Origin: Eubacteriales bacterium
GTDB taxonomy: Bacteria > Bacillota > Clostridia > Oscillospirales > CAG-382
NCBI GenBank assembly: GCA_045530975.1
Contig: JAZSDB010000189.1
Location: 1 to 36,901, forward strand
Length of the DNA stretch: 36,901 nucleotides
Direction: 5' to 3'
The notes under the pieces are model-generated. The model made no database searches and was not told the DNA's origin. It was given only the letters and a program-made list of their open reading frames with translations. Of this stretch, positions 28,398-36,130 are shown piece by piece; position 1 is the first letter of the stretch; each line of letters opens with the position of its first letter. A program made the translations under genes and the position numbers.

Positions 28398-30353
28398 TTA
28401 CATAAGTCTGCGGATTTTATCACGCAGTAAAGCCGCTGTTTCGAAATCAAGATCCTTTGCGGCACGTTTCATATCGGCGGTAAGCTTGTCGATAAGCTTT
28501 TTCTTTTCCGCAGAAGAAAGGTTCTTGGCCTTTTCTATACGCTCTGCCTCTTTCTTAGAGGTAATCTCCAAGGGGGCTCGAATATCCTTTACAATGGTTT
28601 TGGGAACGATTCCGTGGGCTTTATTATATGCATCCTGAATCTTACGGCGGCGGTTTGTTTCGCCTATTGCCTTCCGCATAGACTCGGTTTCGGTATCTGC
28701 ATACATAATAACCTTACCCTGCGCATTACGGGCAGCACGGCCGATAGTCTGCACCAGCGAAATTTCGCTGCGGAGAAAGCCCTCCTTATCGGCATCCAAT
28801 ATGGCCACAAGTGAAACCTCGGGCAGGTCAAGTCCCTCACGGAGAAGGTTTATACCCACAAGCACATCAAATTCACCCATACGCAGGCCTCTCAAAATAT
28901 CCACACGCTCAATAGTATCGATATCGTAATGCATATATCTGCAACGAATACCCGAAAGCTCGAAAAATTCTGTCAAATCCTCGGCCATTTTCTTGGTGAG
29001 AGTGGTAACCAGAATTCTTTCTTTTTTTGCCGCACGGATACGGATTTCACCTGCAAGGTCATCAATTTGTCCCTTAGTAGGACGAACCTCTACCTCGGGG
29101 TCAAGCAATCCCGTAGGACGGATTATCTGCTCCACAAGACGGGTAGAAAGCTCTTTTTCATATTCCTTGGGTGTAGCGCTGACATAAATGGTTTGTCCTC
29201 TTTTTTCGTTGAATTCATCGAAAACAAGGGGACGGTTATCATAGGCAGATGGAAGGCGGAAGCCATAATCGATAAGGTTGGTTTTTCTCGCACGGTCGCC
29301 TGCCGCCATCCCCCTTATCTGAGGGAGCATAACGTGACTTTCATCCACAAACACAAGAAAATCCGAGGGAAAATAATCCAGCAGAGTGTAGGGTGCACTG
29401 CCCGGTTTTCTTCCCGAGAGAACACGGGAATAGTTTTCCACACCGGAGCAGAAGCCGATTTCCCTTATCTGCTCCACATCGAACATAGTACGCTCTCTTA
29501 TGCGCTGTGCTTCGATAAATTTATTCTGCGATTCAAAATAAATAATACGTTCATCCAGCTCGGCAATGATTTCGTCCAGTGCCCTTTTACGGGTTTCGGA
29601 GGAGGTTACGTAATGGGAGGCCGGATATATCGCCACGTGGGAAAGGTCCGCCACCGCTTCGCCGGTAACAACATTTATTTTGCAGATACGGTCAACCTCA
29701 TCGCCGAAAAGCTCAACTCTTACCGCATCGGTATCGGTATTGGAGGGAAATATATCTACCACGTCACCGCGAACACGGAAATTATTGCGTTCGAAGCCGA
29801 TATCGCTTCTTCCGTATTGCAATGCCACAAGGCGTTTGATGATATCATCTCTGGGAAAAATTGCTCCACGACGGATAGAAAGCACCTGCTCTGCATACTC
29901 CGACGGGTCACCGAGAGAATAAATACAGCTTACCGATGCAACAATGATAACATCCCTTCTCTCAAAAAGAGAGCTGGTGGCAGAATGGCGCAGCTTATCG
30001 ATTTCGGCATTGGTGGCCGCATCCTTTTCTATATAGATATCCTTACCGGGAACATAGGCCTCCGGCTGATAATAATCGTAATAGGATACAAAGAACTCAA
30101 CGGCATTATTGGGGAAAAACTCACGCATTTCGGAGCAGGTCTGTGCCGCCAAAGTCTTGTTTGGTTCCAAAATAAGGGCAGGACGGTTACAACGGGCAAT
30201 TATATTTGCCATCGTGAAGGTTTTACCCGAGCCGGTTACACCGATAAGTGTCTGGTCTCTATCGCCGTTATTTATGCCGTCAACCAAGGCGTTTATCGCC
30301 TCCGGCTGGTCGCCTGTGGGTTGAAAATCGGACACTAACTGAAATTTTTCCAC
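28398..30353 (-). CDS. uvrB: Excinuclease ABC subunit B
   Basis: [18 protein letters not shown]-terminus, Walker A GVTGSGKT, a DESH box, and a C-terminal UVR motif ([14 protein letters not shown]). The start codon is GTG (30351-30353). Confidence 0.97.
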   Translation of the reverse strand: MEKFQLVSDFQPTGDQPEAINALVDGINNGDRDQTLIGVTGSGKTFTMANIIARCNRPALILEPNKTLAAQTCSEMREFFPNNAVEFFVSYYDYYQPEAYVPGKDIYIEKDAATNAEIDKLRHSATSSLFERRDVIIVASVSCIYSLGDPSEYAEQVLSIRRGAIFPRDDIIKRLVALQYGRSDIGFERNNFRVRGDVVDIFPSNTDTDAVRVELFGDEVDRICKINVVTGEAVADLSHVAIYPASHYVTSSETRKRALDEIIAELDERIIYFESQNKFIEAQRIRERTMFDVEQIREIGFCSGVENYSRVLSGRKPGSAPYTLLDYFPSDFLVFVDESHVMLPQIRGMAAGDRARKTNLIDYGFRLPSAYDNRPLVFDEFNEKRGQTIYVSATPKEYEKELSTRLVEQIIRPTGLLDPEVEVRPTKGQIDDLAGEIRIRAAKKERILVTTLTKKMAEDLTEFFELSGIRCRYMHYDIDTIERVDILRGLRMGEFDVLVGINLLREGLDLPEVSLVAILDADKEGFLRSEISLVQTIGRAARNAQGKVIMYADTETESMRKAIGETNRRRKIQDAYNKAHGIVPKTIVKDIRAPLEITSKKEAERIEKAKNLSSAEKKKLIDKLTADMKRAAKDLDFETAALLRDKIRRLM

Positions 30354-30419
30354 GGTGTTTTTTACCTATCCTTTCCCTGCTGATTTGCACATTTGAAACG
30401 ATTGAAATTTTATCGTATT

Positions 30420-30428
30420 ATTATACCA
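30420..30428 (-). promoter_or_regulatory. Candidate extended -10 promoter element for uvrB
   Basis: The - strand reads TGGTATAAT (TGnTATAAT) about 65 nt upstream of the uvrB start. The -35 region (TTTTAT) is poor. Confidence 0.35.
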
Positions 30429-30490
30429 CAAACAGATAGAAAATAAAAGGCATTCTGATGAATTTTCTTCAAAAATCGGCATAATACATA

Positions 30491-30514
30491 AAGAAAAAGC
30501 CGCCCGAGGGCAGC
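30491..30514 (-). terminator. Rho-independent terminator after the LCP gene
   Basis: - strand RNA forms GCUGCCC-UC-GGGCGGC (7-bp stem with one U:G pair, 30514-30499) followed by UUUUUCUU (30498-30491). It begins 13 nt after the LCP stop. Confidence 0.75.
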
Positions 30515-30526
30515 TTTGATTCCTTG

Positions 30527-31504
30527 TTATTCCTTTGGTCGGTAATAGAGGCGCAGGATAAGCGAGTCCAGCTCGGCTTCATCGGGATAAAACTCCATAT
30601 ATTCCCTGCCCTGCACGTTTTCGCCTTTGACAGAAAGGATCTCCTTTAATGTGTAATCACTATACTTTGAAGAAAAATTTGCCAACACCTCGGGAGAGCA
30701 ATCGGTAACCATGTACTTGGAAACACTGTTGAACATTTCCAGCGCATACATAGGAGAATCCTTGAGCTTTGCCGAGAAGGAGGCAAAAAAGCCCTTCATA
30801 TACTCTTCGTGGCGGGACATTCGGGAAAGGTTCATCTGGTCGCCCACGTCCTTACGGGTACGGACAAAGTTTATTGCCTGACTTCCGTTAAGCTTCACCT
30901 CGCCCTGTCCTATGGTAGGGTCCACAGAAGAAAAATCGTCGGTAACATTTACCGTTACACCGCCCACCAAATCGTTAAGCACCGAAATGGCATCCATATT
31001 AAGAGAAACATAGTAATCGATTTCCAGGCCGTAAAGGAAGTCCGAAACCGTATTTTTTGTATTCACACAGCTATCCTGCATACCCGTACCGTAGGTATGA
31101 GAAAGCGCCAACTGAGCAACGGTAGTGCCTGCCTGCTTTCCGCCCATACCCAGCACCGGCATTTCCAGCATTGTATCACGGTTAAGGCAGAGCACGGAAA
31201 AGCTTTTATCGCTTTCATCAAAGGCGGCCAATGCAACCACATCGCAGGCGCCGTCATTATTATAGGAGCCCGACGGTGCAACCTCGCCTTCTCTATCTAT
31301 GCCCATTATAAGAAAAACGGTTATGTCCTGGCGGGGATAATATTTAACACCGTCACGTTCTATCGTTTTGCTTTCAAGCTGTTGTCCGCCATCGGAAAAA
31401 ACAGTGGGCTTTATAATCTGAAGCCCACTGTAAATAACAACCGACAACAGCAAAATGATAGCAACTGCAATAATTATAGTTTTTTGATCTATATGCTTTT
31501 GCAT
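30527..31504 (-). CDS. LytR-CpsA-Psr (LCP) family glycopolymer ligase
   Basis: A single N-terminal TM segment (TIIIAVAIILLLSVVIYSGL) followed by the LCP core (FLIMGIDREGE, DVVALAAFD, INFVRTRKD). Confidence 0.88.
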   Translation of the reverse strand: MQKHIDQKTIIIAVAIILLLSVVIYSGLQIIKPTVFSDGGQQLESKTIERDGVKYYPRQDITVFLIMGIDREGEVAPSGSYNNDGACDVVALAAFDESDKSFSVLCLNRDTMLEMPVLGMGGKQAGTTVAQLALSHTYGTGMQDSCVNTKNTVSDFLYGLEIDYYVSLNMDAISVLNDLVGGVTVNVTDDFSSVDPTIGQGEVKLNGSQAINFVRTRKDVGDQMNLSRMSRHEEYMKGFFASFSAKLKDSPMYALEMFNSVSKYMVTDCSPEVLANFSSKYSDYTLKEILSVKGENVQGREYMEFYPDEAELDSLILRLYYRPKE

Positions 31505-31536
31505 ATTATCACCTTTTTGCTGTCTATATATTTAAC

Positions 31537-32292
31537 TTAGATTTCCTTTGCCTTTCTAGAGCGGATAAGAGCTGCAGAAAGAGCAACTATCAAGCACAAG
31601 GAACCGATCATCAAAGCAACCCAAAGAGTGTTGTCGGGAGCGGTATCGCCTGTGGGAGGTGTGATTTCGGGATCAACGGTAGGAACCATTATAGCAACGT
31701 GACCGAGAGCATCGAAGGTTATGGAAATGGTGCCGTCGCCGTTATCCTTGCAGTCGGCAAGCTGCCATTCACCGTCGGGATTGGTAACCGCACGGAGATT
31801 TACAGCAGAAGAGGTATTCCAGCCGTTGGAGCCGGGAACAAATACCAAAACCCAGAAACGGCCGCCGTTCATATTTGCGTCAAAGGTCAAGGTAAGTGTC
31901 TGACCGTCTACTTCAAGATATGCATCGATTTCTTCGCTGAGAGAATGAACATTGAAGAAATCTCTGATAATAAGAGAATCGGCATTGTGTTTATCTCCGA
32001 GATATTCGGCCACAAGAGCATTCAACTCCTCATTAAGAGAGGAAAGCTTGAAGCCATCGGCAGAAAGCTCTGCAAATTTGGCGATAAGATGGTCTGCCAC
32101 TTCACGGGGGATGCGGGTGGTTGTTGCCGCTTCAGCAACACCGGTAACTATAATATTTCCGTTTTTATCGTCCTTGATGGCAGGAGCAGGCTTGTAGCCC
32201 GCACTGGGTACGAAAACGGCCGCTGCAACGCTGGTAATAAGAACAGCGCAGATAATAGCGGAAGCCAAAATTGTTGATACTAACTTTTTCAT
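31537..32292 (-). CDS. Hypothetical secreted/surface protein with a C-terminal sorting-signal-like tail
   Basis: N-terminal signal peptide (MKKLVSTILASAIICAVLITSVAAA). The C-terminus is TPPTGDTAPDN, then hydrophobic LWVALMIGSLCLIVALSAALI, then basic RSRKAKEI. No recognisable domain in between. Confidence 0.7.
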   Translation of the reverse strand: MKKLVSTILASAIICAVLITSVAAAVFVPSAGYKPAPAIKDDKNGNIIVTGVAEAATTTRIPREVADHLIAKFAELSADGFKLSSLNEELNALVAEYLGDKHNADSLIIRDFFNVHSLSEEIDAYLEVDGQTLTLTFDANMNGGRFWVLVFVPGSNGWNTSSAVNLRAVTNPDGEWQLADCKDNGDGTISITFDALGHVAIMVPTVDPEITPPTGDTAPDNTLWVALMIGSLCLIVALSAALIRSRKAKEI

Positions 32293-32318
32293 AATAAAAA
32301 CCTCGTTTCAATAGAGAA

Positions 32319-33023
32319 TTACAAGCCAATTTCTTGTTCGTTGTTGTTTATATATTGAATTACCTCAGCACCCAAACGCCGCTCTATGATTTTCAAAGCG
32401 GAACCGAGATTTGGTTTTCTGAGATTATTTCCGTGACAATCGGAGCCGATAAAATGAACCATACCCTTATCCAAAAGCCGAAGCATTTTGTTTTTTATTC
32501 CAATGCGCATAAAGGCACCTGCGTTCACCTGTATTTTAACCGGCAAGCGGGAAATTTCATCAAAAATGCGATAGGCATTGAAGGGTGTCACATATCTGTC
32601 CAGATGGGCGATAACGGGAAGAATTTTTCTTTTGGGATAAATCCCACCGATTTCCTGCCACATTCTTTGACTCCAGCGGCCCATCGGCAGCTCGATAAGA
32701 ATACACCTTGTACCTTCAACGGTAAGCTCCGACAAGCATTCGCTGTCGCTCATACCGTCGAAATAGTGAACCTCTGCACCAAGCACCAATCGGGGATAAA
32801 TCTCGTCCTTCAAAGAATTTTTTAAAAGCTCGGCGCATTTTTCACGTCGCTTTAAAAAGCTTTGAGGAGATTCGGTACGGGCATAAAAATGAGGAGTGAG
32901 GATGGCACATTCTATCCCCTGCTCGGCTTCCGCCCTAAGCATTTCCAAAGACATTTCGGGAGATTTACTGCCATCATCCATACCCGGAAGTATATGGGTG
33001 TGAAAATCGATAACCCTGCCCAT
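32319..33023 (-). CDS. Manganese-dependent protein-tyrosine phosphatase, CpsB/YwqE (PHP) type
   Basis: IDFHTHILPGMDDG N-terminus, TPHF, and GSDCHG near the C-terminus. It lies adjacent to the BY-kinase gene. Confidence 0.88.
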   Translation of the reverse strand: MGRVIDFHTHILPGMDDGSKSPEMSLEMLRAEAEQGIECAILTPHFYARTESPQSFLKRREKCAELLKNSLKDEIYPRLVLGAEVHYFDGMSDSECLSELTVEGTRCILIELPMGRWSQRMWQEIGGIYPKRKILPVIAHLDRYVTPFNAYRIFDEISRLPVKIQVNAGAFMRIGIKNKMLRLLDKGMVHFIGSDCHGNNLRKPNLGSALKIIERRLGAEVIQYINNNEQEIGL

Positions 33024-33043
33024 AAATTCAATCCTTTTGACGG

Positions 33044-34570
33044 TTATTCCTCGGTTTTGGAGGCATAGCCGTATTTACTGTTTTTATAATATTTTTTACC
33101 GTAGCGGTATCCGTAACGGCCGCCGTTTTCGTTAATGCGGTTCATTACAACACCGATTATACGGGAATTTACAAATTCAAATTGCTCAACAGCATGAGCA
33201 AAGGCATTACGGGTACAGTAATTCTGACATACCACCAAAAGCATTCCGTCCACCATCTTAGCGGCAACGATAGCATCACTCACCTCACCTACGGGGGGCA
33301 GGTCGAGAAGGATATAATCGTAGCACTCACGAAGAGTGGTGATGAAGTTTTGCATTTTTTCAGAGCTGAGAAGCTCTATGGGGTTGGGAGGAACACGGCC
33401 TGCGGCAATAACGTGGAAGGGCACTGCCTCATCGCTTTCACCGCTTCTGCAAACCCTGAGGATACAATCCAGATCGTTCATACCCGCAAGATAATTGGAC
33501 AAGCCCGGAACACGCTGAATATCAAGCTTCAACGCCAGAGAAGGACGGCGCATATCGCAGTCTATAAGCAGTACCTTTTTGCCCAGCTGCGCAAGGGTAT
33601 ATGCCAAATTAACCGAGGAAAGACTCTTACCCTCACCTGTTAATGCACTGGAAATACCGAGAACGTGGCACTTGCTGTCATCGGCAAAAGAAAATTCTAT
33701 CTTGGTACGGAGAAGCTTATATGCTTCCGACGCCGCAAAGCTTATATTCTCGCCTACCAGCACCGGCTGTTTTCCGTTGGCATTCTTATTCTGGGAAGCT
33801 TTGCCATAGGAACCATACTTACCATACTTACCATACTTACCGTACTTACCGTAATATCCGCCCTTTGAAGAAACCGACATATCGGGAACCGCAGTAAGGA
33901 TGGGATAACCCACTGCAACAATATCATCCTCCGTATGGATGGTATTATCAAACAATTCTCTGAGAACAACGCCCAATACCGAAACGATAAAGCCCACAGC
34001 AAAGCCCACAAGTGTATTTTTTACACGGTGGGGAGAGCTGGGAGAGGTGGGCACAATAGCGTGGTCAACAACCTTTGCGGAGGTACCCTCAACTATATCG
34101 GAAATTTTATTGGGAAGAATATAGGCGATAGCGTTGGCAATCTTTTCAGCTTCCACCGGATCGGCCCCTGTAATGATTACCTCGAACACCTCGGTGGAAT
34201 TCACAGAGCGTGCGGTGATCATTGATTTCAGCTGAGGCGCGGTATAATCAAGCTCCGCATAATCGATAACCGCATTCAGACAGGAGCGTGTATTCAAAAT
34301 TACAATATAAGTGTCTACAAGGTTTTTCGAGGCGGTAATATCGCCCGAATCTATACTGGGAGAAATCTCGCCCACCGAAAACGCGCTGTTATTCACATAA
34401 AACATTGCGGAGGACTGGTACTGAGGCACTATAAAATACACGGTAACAGCCAAAGCTATTGCCGCAAAAAGCAGAGAAGCCAGAGCTACGAACCATATTT
34501 TTTTCCATACCGCTTTAAAAAGCCGTTTTACATCTATTTCAAATACATCTTTACTGTTTTTTTCGTTCAT
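33044..34570 (-). CDS. Fused Wzz/CpsC chain-length modulator and CpsD-type bacterial tyrosine (BY) kinase
   Basis: N-terminal half: TM1 (IWFVALASLLFAAIALAVTVYFI), a PQYQSS Wzz motif, and TM2 (LVGFAVGFIVSVLGVVL). C-terminal half: Walker A GEGKS, A' LLIDCDMRRP, B ILLDLPP, and a C-terminal Tyr cluster (RYGYRYGKKYYKNSKYGY). I chose the ATG at 34570 (AGAGGG SD 6 nt upstream). The ORF-track ATG at 34615 lies about 15 nt from the -10 box. Confidence 0.88.
   Translation of the reverse strand: MNEKNSKDVFEIDVKRLFKAVWKKIWFVALASLLFAAIALAVTVYFIVPQYQSSAMFYVNNSAFSVGEISPSIDSGDITASKNLVDTYIVILNTRSCLNAVIDYAELDYTAPQLKSMITARSVNSTEVFEVIITGADPVEAEKIANAIAYILPNKISDIVEGTSAKVVDHAIVPTSPSSPHRVKNTLVGFAVGFIVSVLGVVLRELFDNTIHTEDDIVAVGYPILTAVPDMSVSSKGGYYGKYGKYGKYGKYGSYGKASQNKNANGKQPVLVGENISFAASEAYKLLRTKIEFSFADDSKCHVLGISSALTGEGKSLSSVNLAYTLAQLGKKVLLIDCDMRRPSLALKLDIQRVPGLSNYLAGMNDLDCILRVCRSGESDEAVPFHVIAAGRVPPNPIELLSSEKMQNFITTLRECYDYILLDLPPVGEVSDAIVAAKMVDGMLLVVCQNYCTRNAFAHAVEQFEFVNSRIIGVVMNRINENGGRYGYRYGKKYYKNSKYGYASKTEE
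33803..33856 (-). repeat. In-frame 9-bp tandem repeat encoding (G-K-Y)n
   Basis: - strand: AAGTATGGT x3 and AAGTACGGT x1, flanked by degenerate TATTACGGT and TCCTATGGC. It translates to YYGKYGKYGKYGKYGSYG in the linker between TM2 and the kinase domain. Confidence 0.9.
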
Positions 34571-34629
34571 TTCAAACCCTCTGAGATATACAAAACAACA
34601 GATTGCGATTTTCATCCATTATCGTTTTG

Positions 34630-34658
34630 ATTGTAACACAACATTATAAGAAAGTCAA
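34630..34658 (-). promoter_or_regulatory. Sigma-A-type promoter of the kinase-phosphatase-surface protein-LCP operon
   Basis: - strand: TTGACT (34658-34653), a 17-nt spacer, then TACAAT (34635-34630). It is about 60 nt upstream of the ATG at 34570. Confidence 0.6.
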
Positions 34659-34723
34659 GGAAAATACATACAATTTATGAACAAAGAAACCGTATATATT
34701 ATTAAACTTGTATTAAATTTAAC

Positions 34724-36004
34724 CTATATTAAAGGATTATTTATGGCCGAAGCAATGGATATGGAGTTTTTACCGAAACGGCTTTTGATTTTATCCACGG
34801 CGGTTTCCAAGGACAGAAGCTTTTGTGACCTTTCCTCCTCCTTTGACAGAAAAAACTGCTGTTGCATTGAATTTTCACCGTTGCGGGACAGCTTTTCGCA
34901 ATGAACCGTAATAGCATATATTTCGGTATCGGGCGGAAGATTATCCTTTACCAGCTCCATTGCCGACGAGGAAATTTCATTATAAAGGCAAGTCGGGCGT
35001 GCAAGACGGCGAGAGCGGTTTACGGATATCTGGTTCGGAAATCTCATAGTAACGGCCACATTATTACAGAAAAGCCCGTGCTTTCTCAACCGTTCGGCCA
35101 CCGTCATAGACAGATAGGTGAGAGCAAAGGAAATATCATAGTCATTAACCAGATTTGCTTTGAAGGTCATACCGTTACTAAGGGATTTCGGCTCCGGCTC
35201 GTAGCCCATGGGAGATACGGCGGAATAATCCCGTCCCAAGGCAAAATCCCTTATCAGCAAGCCGTTTTTCCCCATATAGGAGGATATGAATTTATCATCG
35301 CAAACAGCCAGATCCCCAATGGTTTTTATACCCACATCAGATAATCTTTTTGCGCAGGAGGGACCCACAAAAAGGAGGTAGGAAACAGGCAGATTCCATA
35401 CCAGCGACGTATAATTTTCGAGAGTGATAACGGCAGTGCCGTTGGGTTTATTAAGGTCGCTTCCCAGCTTTGCAAAAACCTTATTAAAAGAAACGCCCAC
35501 AGAAACGGTTATCCCCAATTCCCTCTTCACTCTACGCTTTATAGACTCTGCAATTTGCGCACCGTTGCCGAAAAGCTTGAGGGAGCCGGTAACATCCAGC
35601 CAGCTTTCATCTATACCGAAGGGCTCTACCAGATCGGTATAATCATAAAATATACGGTTCATTTTCTCGGACATCTGAGAATACAGCCCGTAAGTAGGGC
35701 GTACTGTAAGTAGTGACGGGCACTTTTGCTTTGCCTGCCAAAGGGTTTCGCCGGTTTTTATATTGAATTTCTTGGCAAGGCCGTTTTTCGCCAAAACTAT
35801 TCCGTGGCGGTCCTCAACACTTCCGCAAACCGCCATAGGAACGGCGGCATATTCGGGATGAAGAGCAGTTTCGCAGGAAGCAAAAAATGAATCCGCATCA
35901 CAATGAAGTATAGTGCGGACCTGTTTATTATTTCCCTTTTGAGCATCCCTTTCCTTAAAGTTAGAATTATACATTATTTTATGACCGTCCGGCCCCATAT
36001 ACAT
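34724..36004 (-). CDS. dinB: Y-family DNA polymerase IV (DinB)
   Basis: ILHCDADSFFASCE and GIDESWLDVT catalytic motifs with typical palm/fingers/little-finger length. I chose the ATG at 36004 (GGAGG 7 nt upstream). The ORF-track start at 36115 would translate through a terminator hairpin, a promoter and the LexA boxes. Confidence 0.9.
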   Translation of the reverse strand: MYMGPDGHKIMYNSNFKERDAQKGNNKQVRTILHCDADSFFASCETALHPEYAAVPMAVCGSVEDRHGIVLAKNGLAKKFNIKTGETLWQAKQKCPSLLTVRPTYGLYSQMSEKMNRIFYDYTDLVEPFGIDESWLDVTGSLKLFGNGAQIAESIKRRVKRELGITVSVGVSFNKVFAKLGSDLNKPNGTAVITLENYTSLVWNLPVSYLLFVGPSCAKRLSDVGIKTIGDLAVCDDKFISSYMGKNGLLIRDFALGRDYSAVSPMGYEPEPKSLSNGMTFKANLVNDYDISFALTYLSMTVAERLRKHGLFCNNVAVTMRFPNQISVNRSRRLARPTCLYNEISSSAMELVKDNLPPDTEIYAITVHCEKLSRNGENSMQQQFFLSKEEERSQKLLSLETAVDKIKSRFGKNSISIASAINNPLI

Positions 36005-36023
36005 AATATCGCCTCCACGGATT

Positions 36024-36052
36024 ATTGTATCATCAGAACAAACGTTTGTCAA
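36024..36052 (-). promoter_or_regulatory. Near-consensus sigma-A promoter of dinB
   Basis: - strand: TTGACA (36052-36047), a 17-nt spacer, then TACAAT (36029-36024). Confidence 0.7.
36035..36048. promoter_or_regulatory. Second, imperfect LexA box (GAAC-N4-GTTT)
   Basis: agaacaaacgtttg lies inside the -35/-10 spacer, 17 bp centre-to-centre from the perfect box. Confidence 0.55.
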
Positions 36053-36065
36053 GAACAAATGTTCT
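36052..36065. promoter_or_regulatory. LexA (Cheo/SOS) box, perfect GAAC-N4-GTTC
   Basis: agaacaaatgttct abuts and overlaps the first base of the -35 hexamer. Confidence 0.75.
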
Positions 36066-36073
36066 TTTGGGGC

Positions 36074-36104
36074 AAAAAAATACTGCGGAGGAGGCTCCGC
36101 AGTA
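36074..36104 (-). terminator. Rho-independent terminator of the GT2 gene
   Basis: - strand RNA forms UACUGCGGAG-CCUC-CUCCGCAGUA (perfect 10-bp stem, 36104-36081) followed by UUUUUUU (36080-36074). It begins 27 nt after the GT2 stop. Confidence 0.85.
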
Positions 36105-36130
36105 TAATTTATCATTTGATTTTCTAAAGA

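Noticed and set aside
33803-33856. The 9-bp tandem repeat considered as a CRISPR-like or minisatellite non-coding element.
   Set aside because: It is in frame within a clearly coding BY-kinase gene and too short and contiguous for CRISPR (no spacers). It is reported as a coding repeat.
34571-34615. A 15-codon extension of the Wzz/BY-kinase ORF (MKIAICCFVYLRGFE).
   Set aside because: This ATG is only about 15 nt from the predicted -10 box and has no SD. The ATG at 34570 is preceded by AGAGGG and begins a typical Wzz cytoplasmic N-terminus.
34677-34904. A 75-aa + strand ORF starting in the dinB/kinase intergenic region.
   Set aside because: It has no SD and runs antisense over the dinB 3' end. 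Its sequence is featureless. The region is better explained as the - strand promoter and leader.
36005-36115. A 37-codon N-terminal extension of dinB (MINYTAEPPPQYFFAPKEHLFLTNVC...).
   Set aside because: It runs through a perfect terminator hairpin with a U7 tract, a TTGACA-17-TACAAT promoter and two LexA boxes. The internal ATG at 36004 has a GGAGG SD at ideal spacing.
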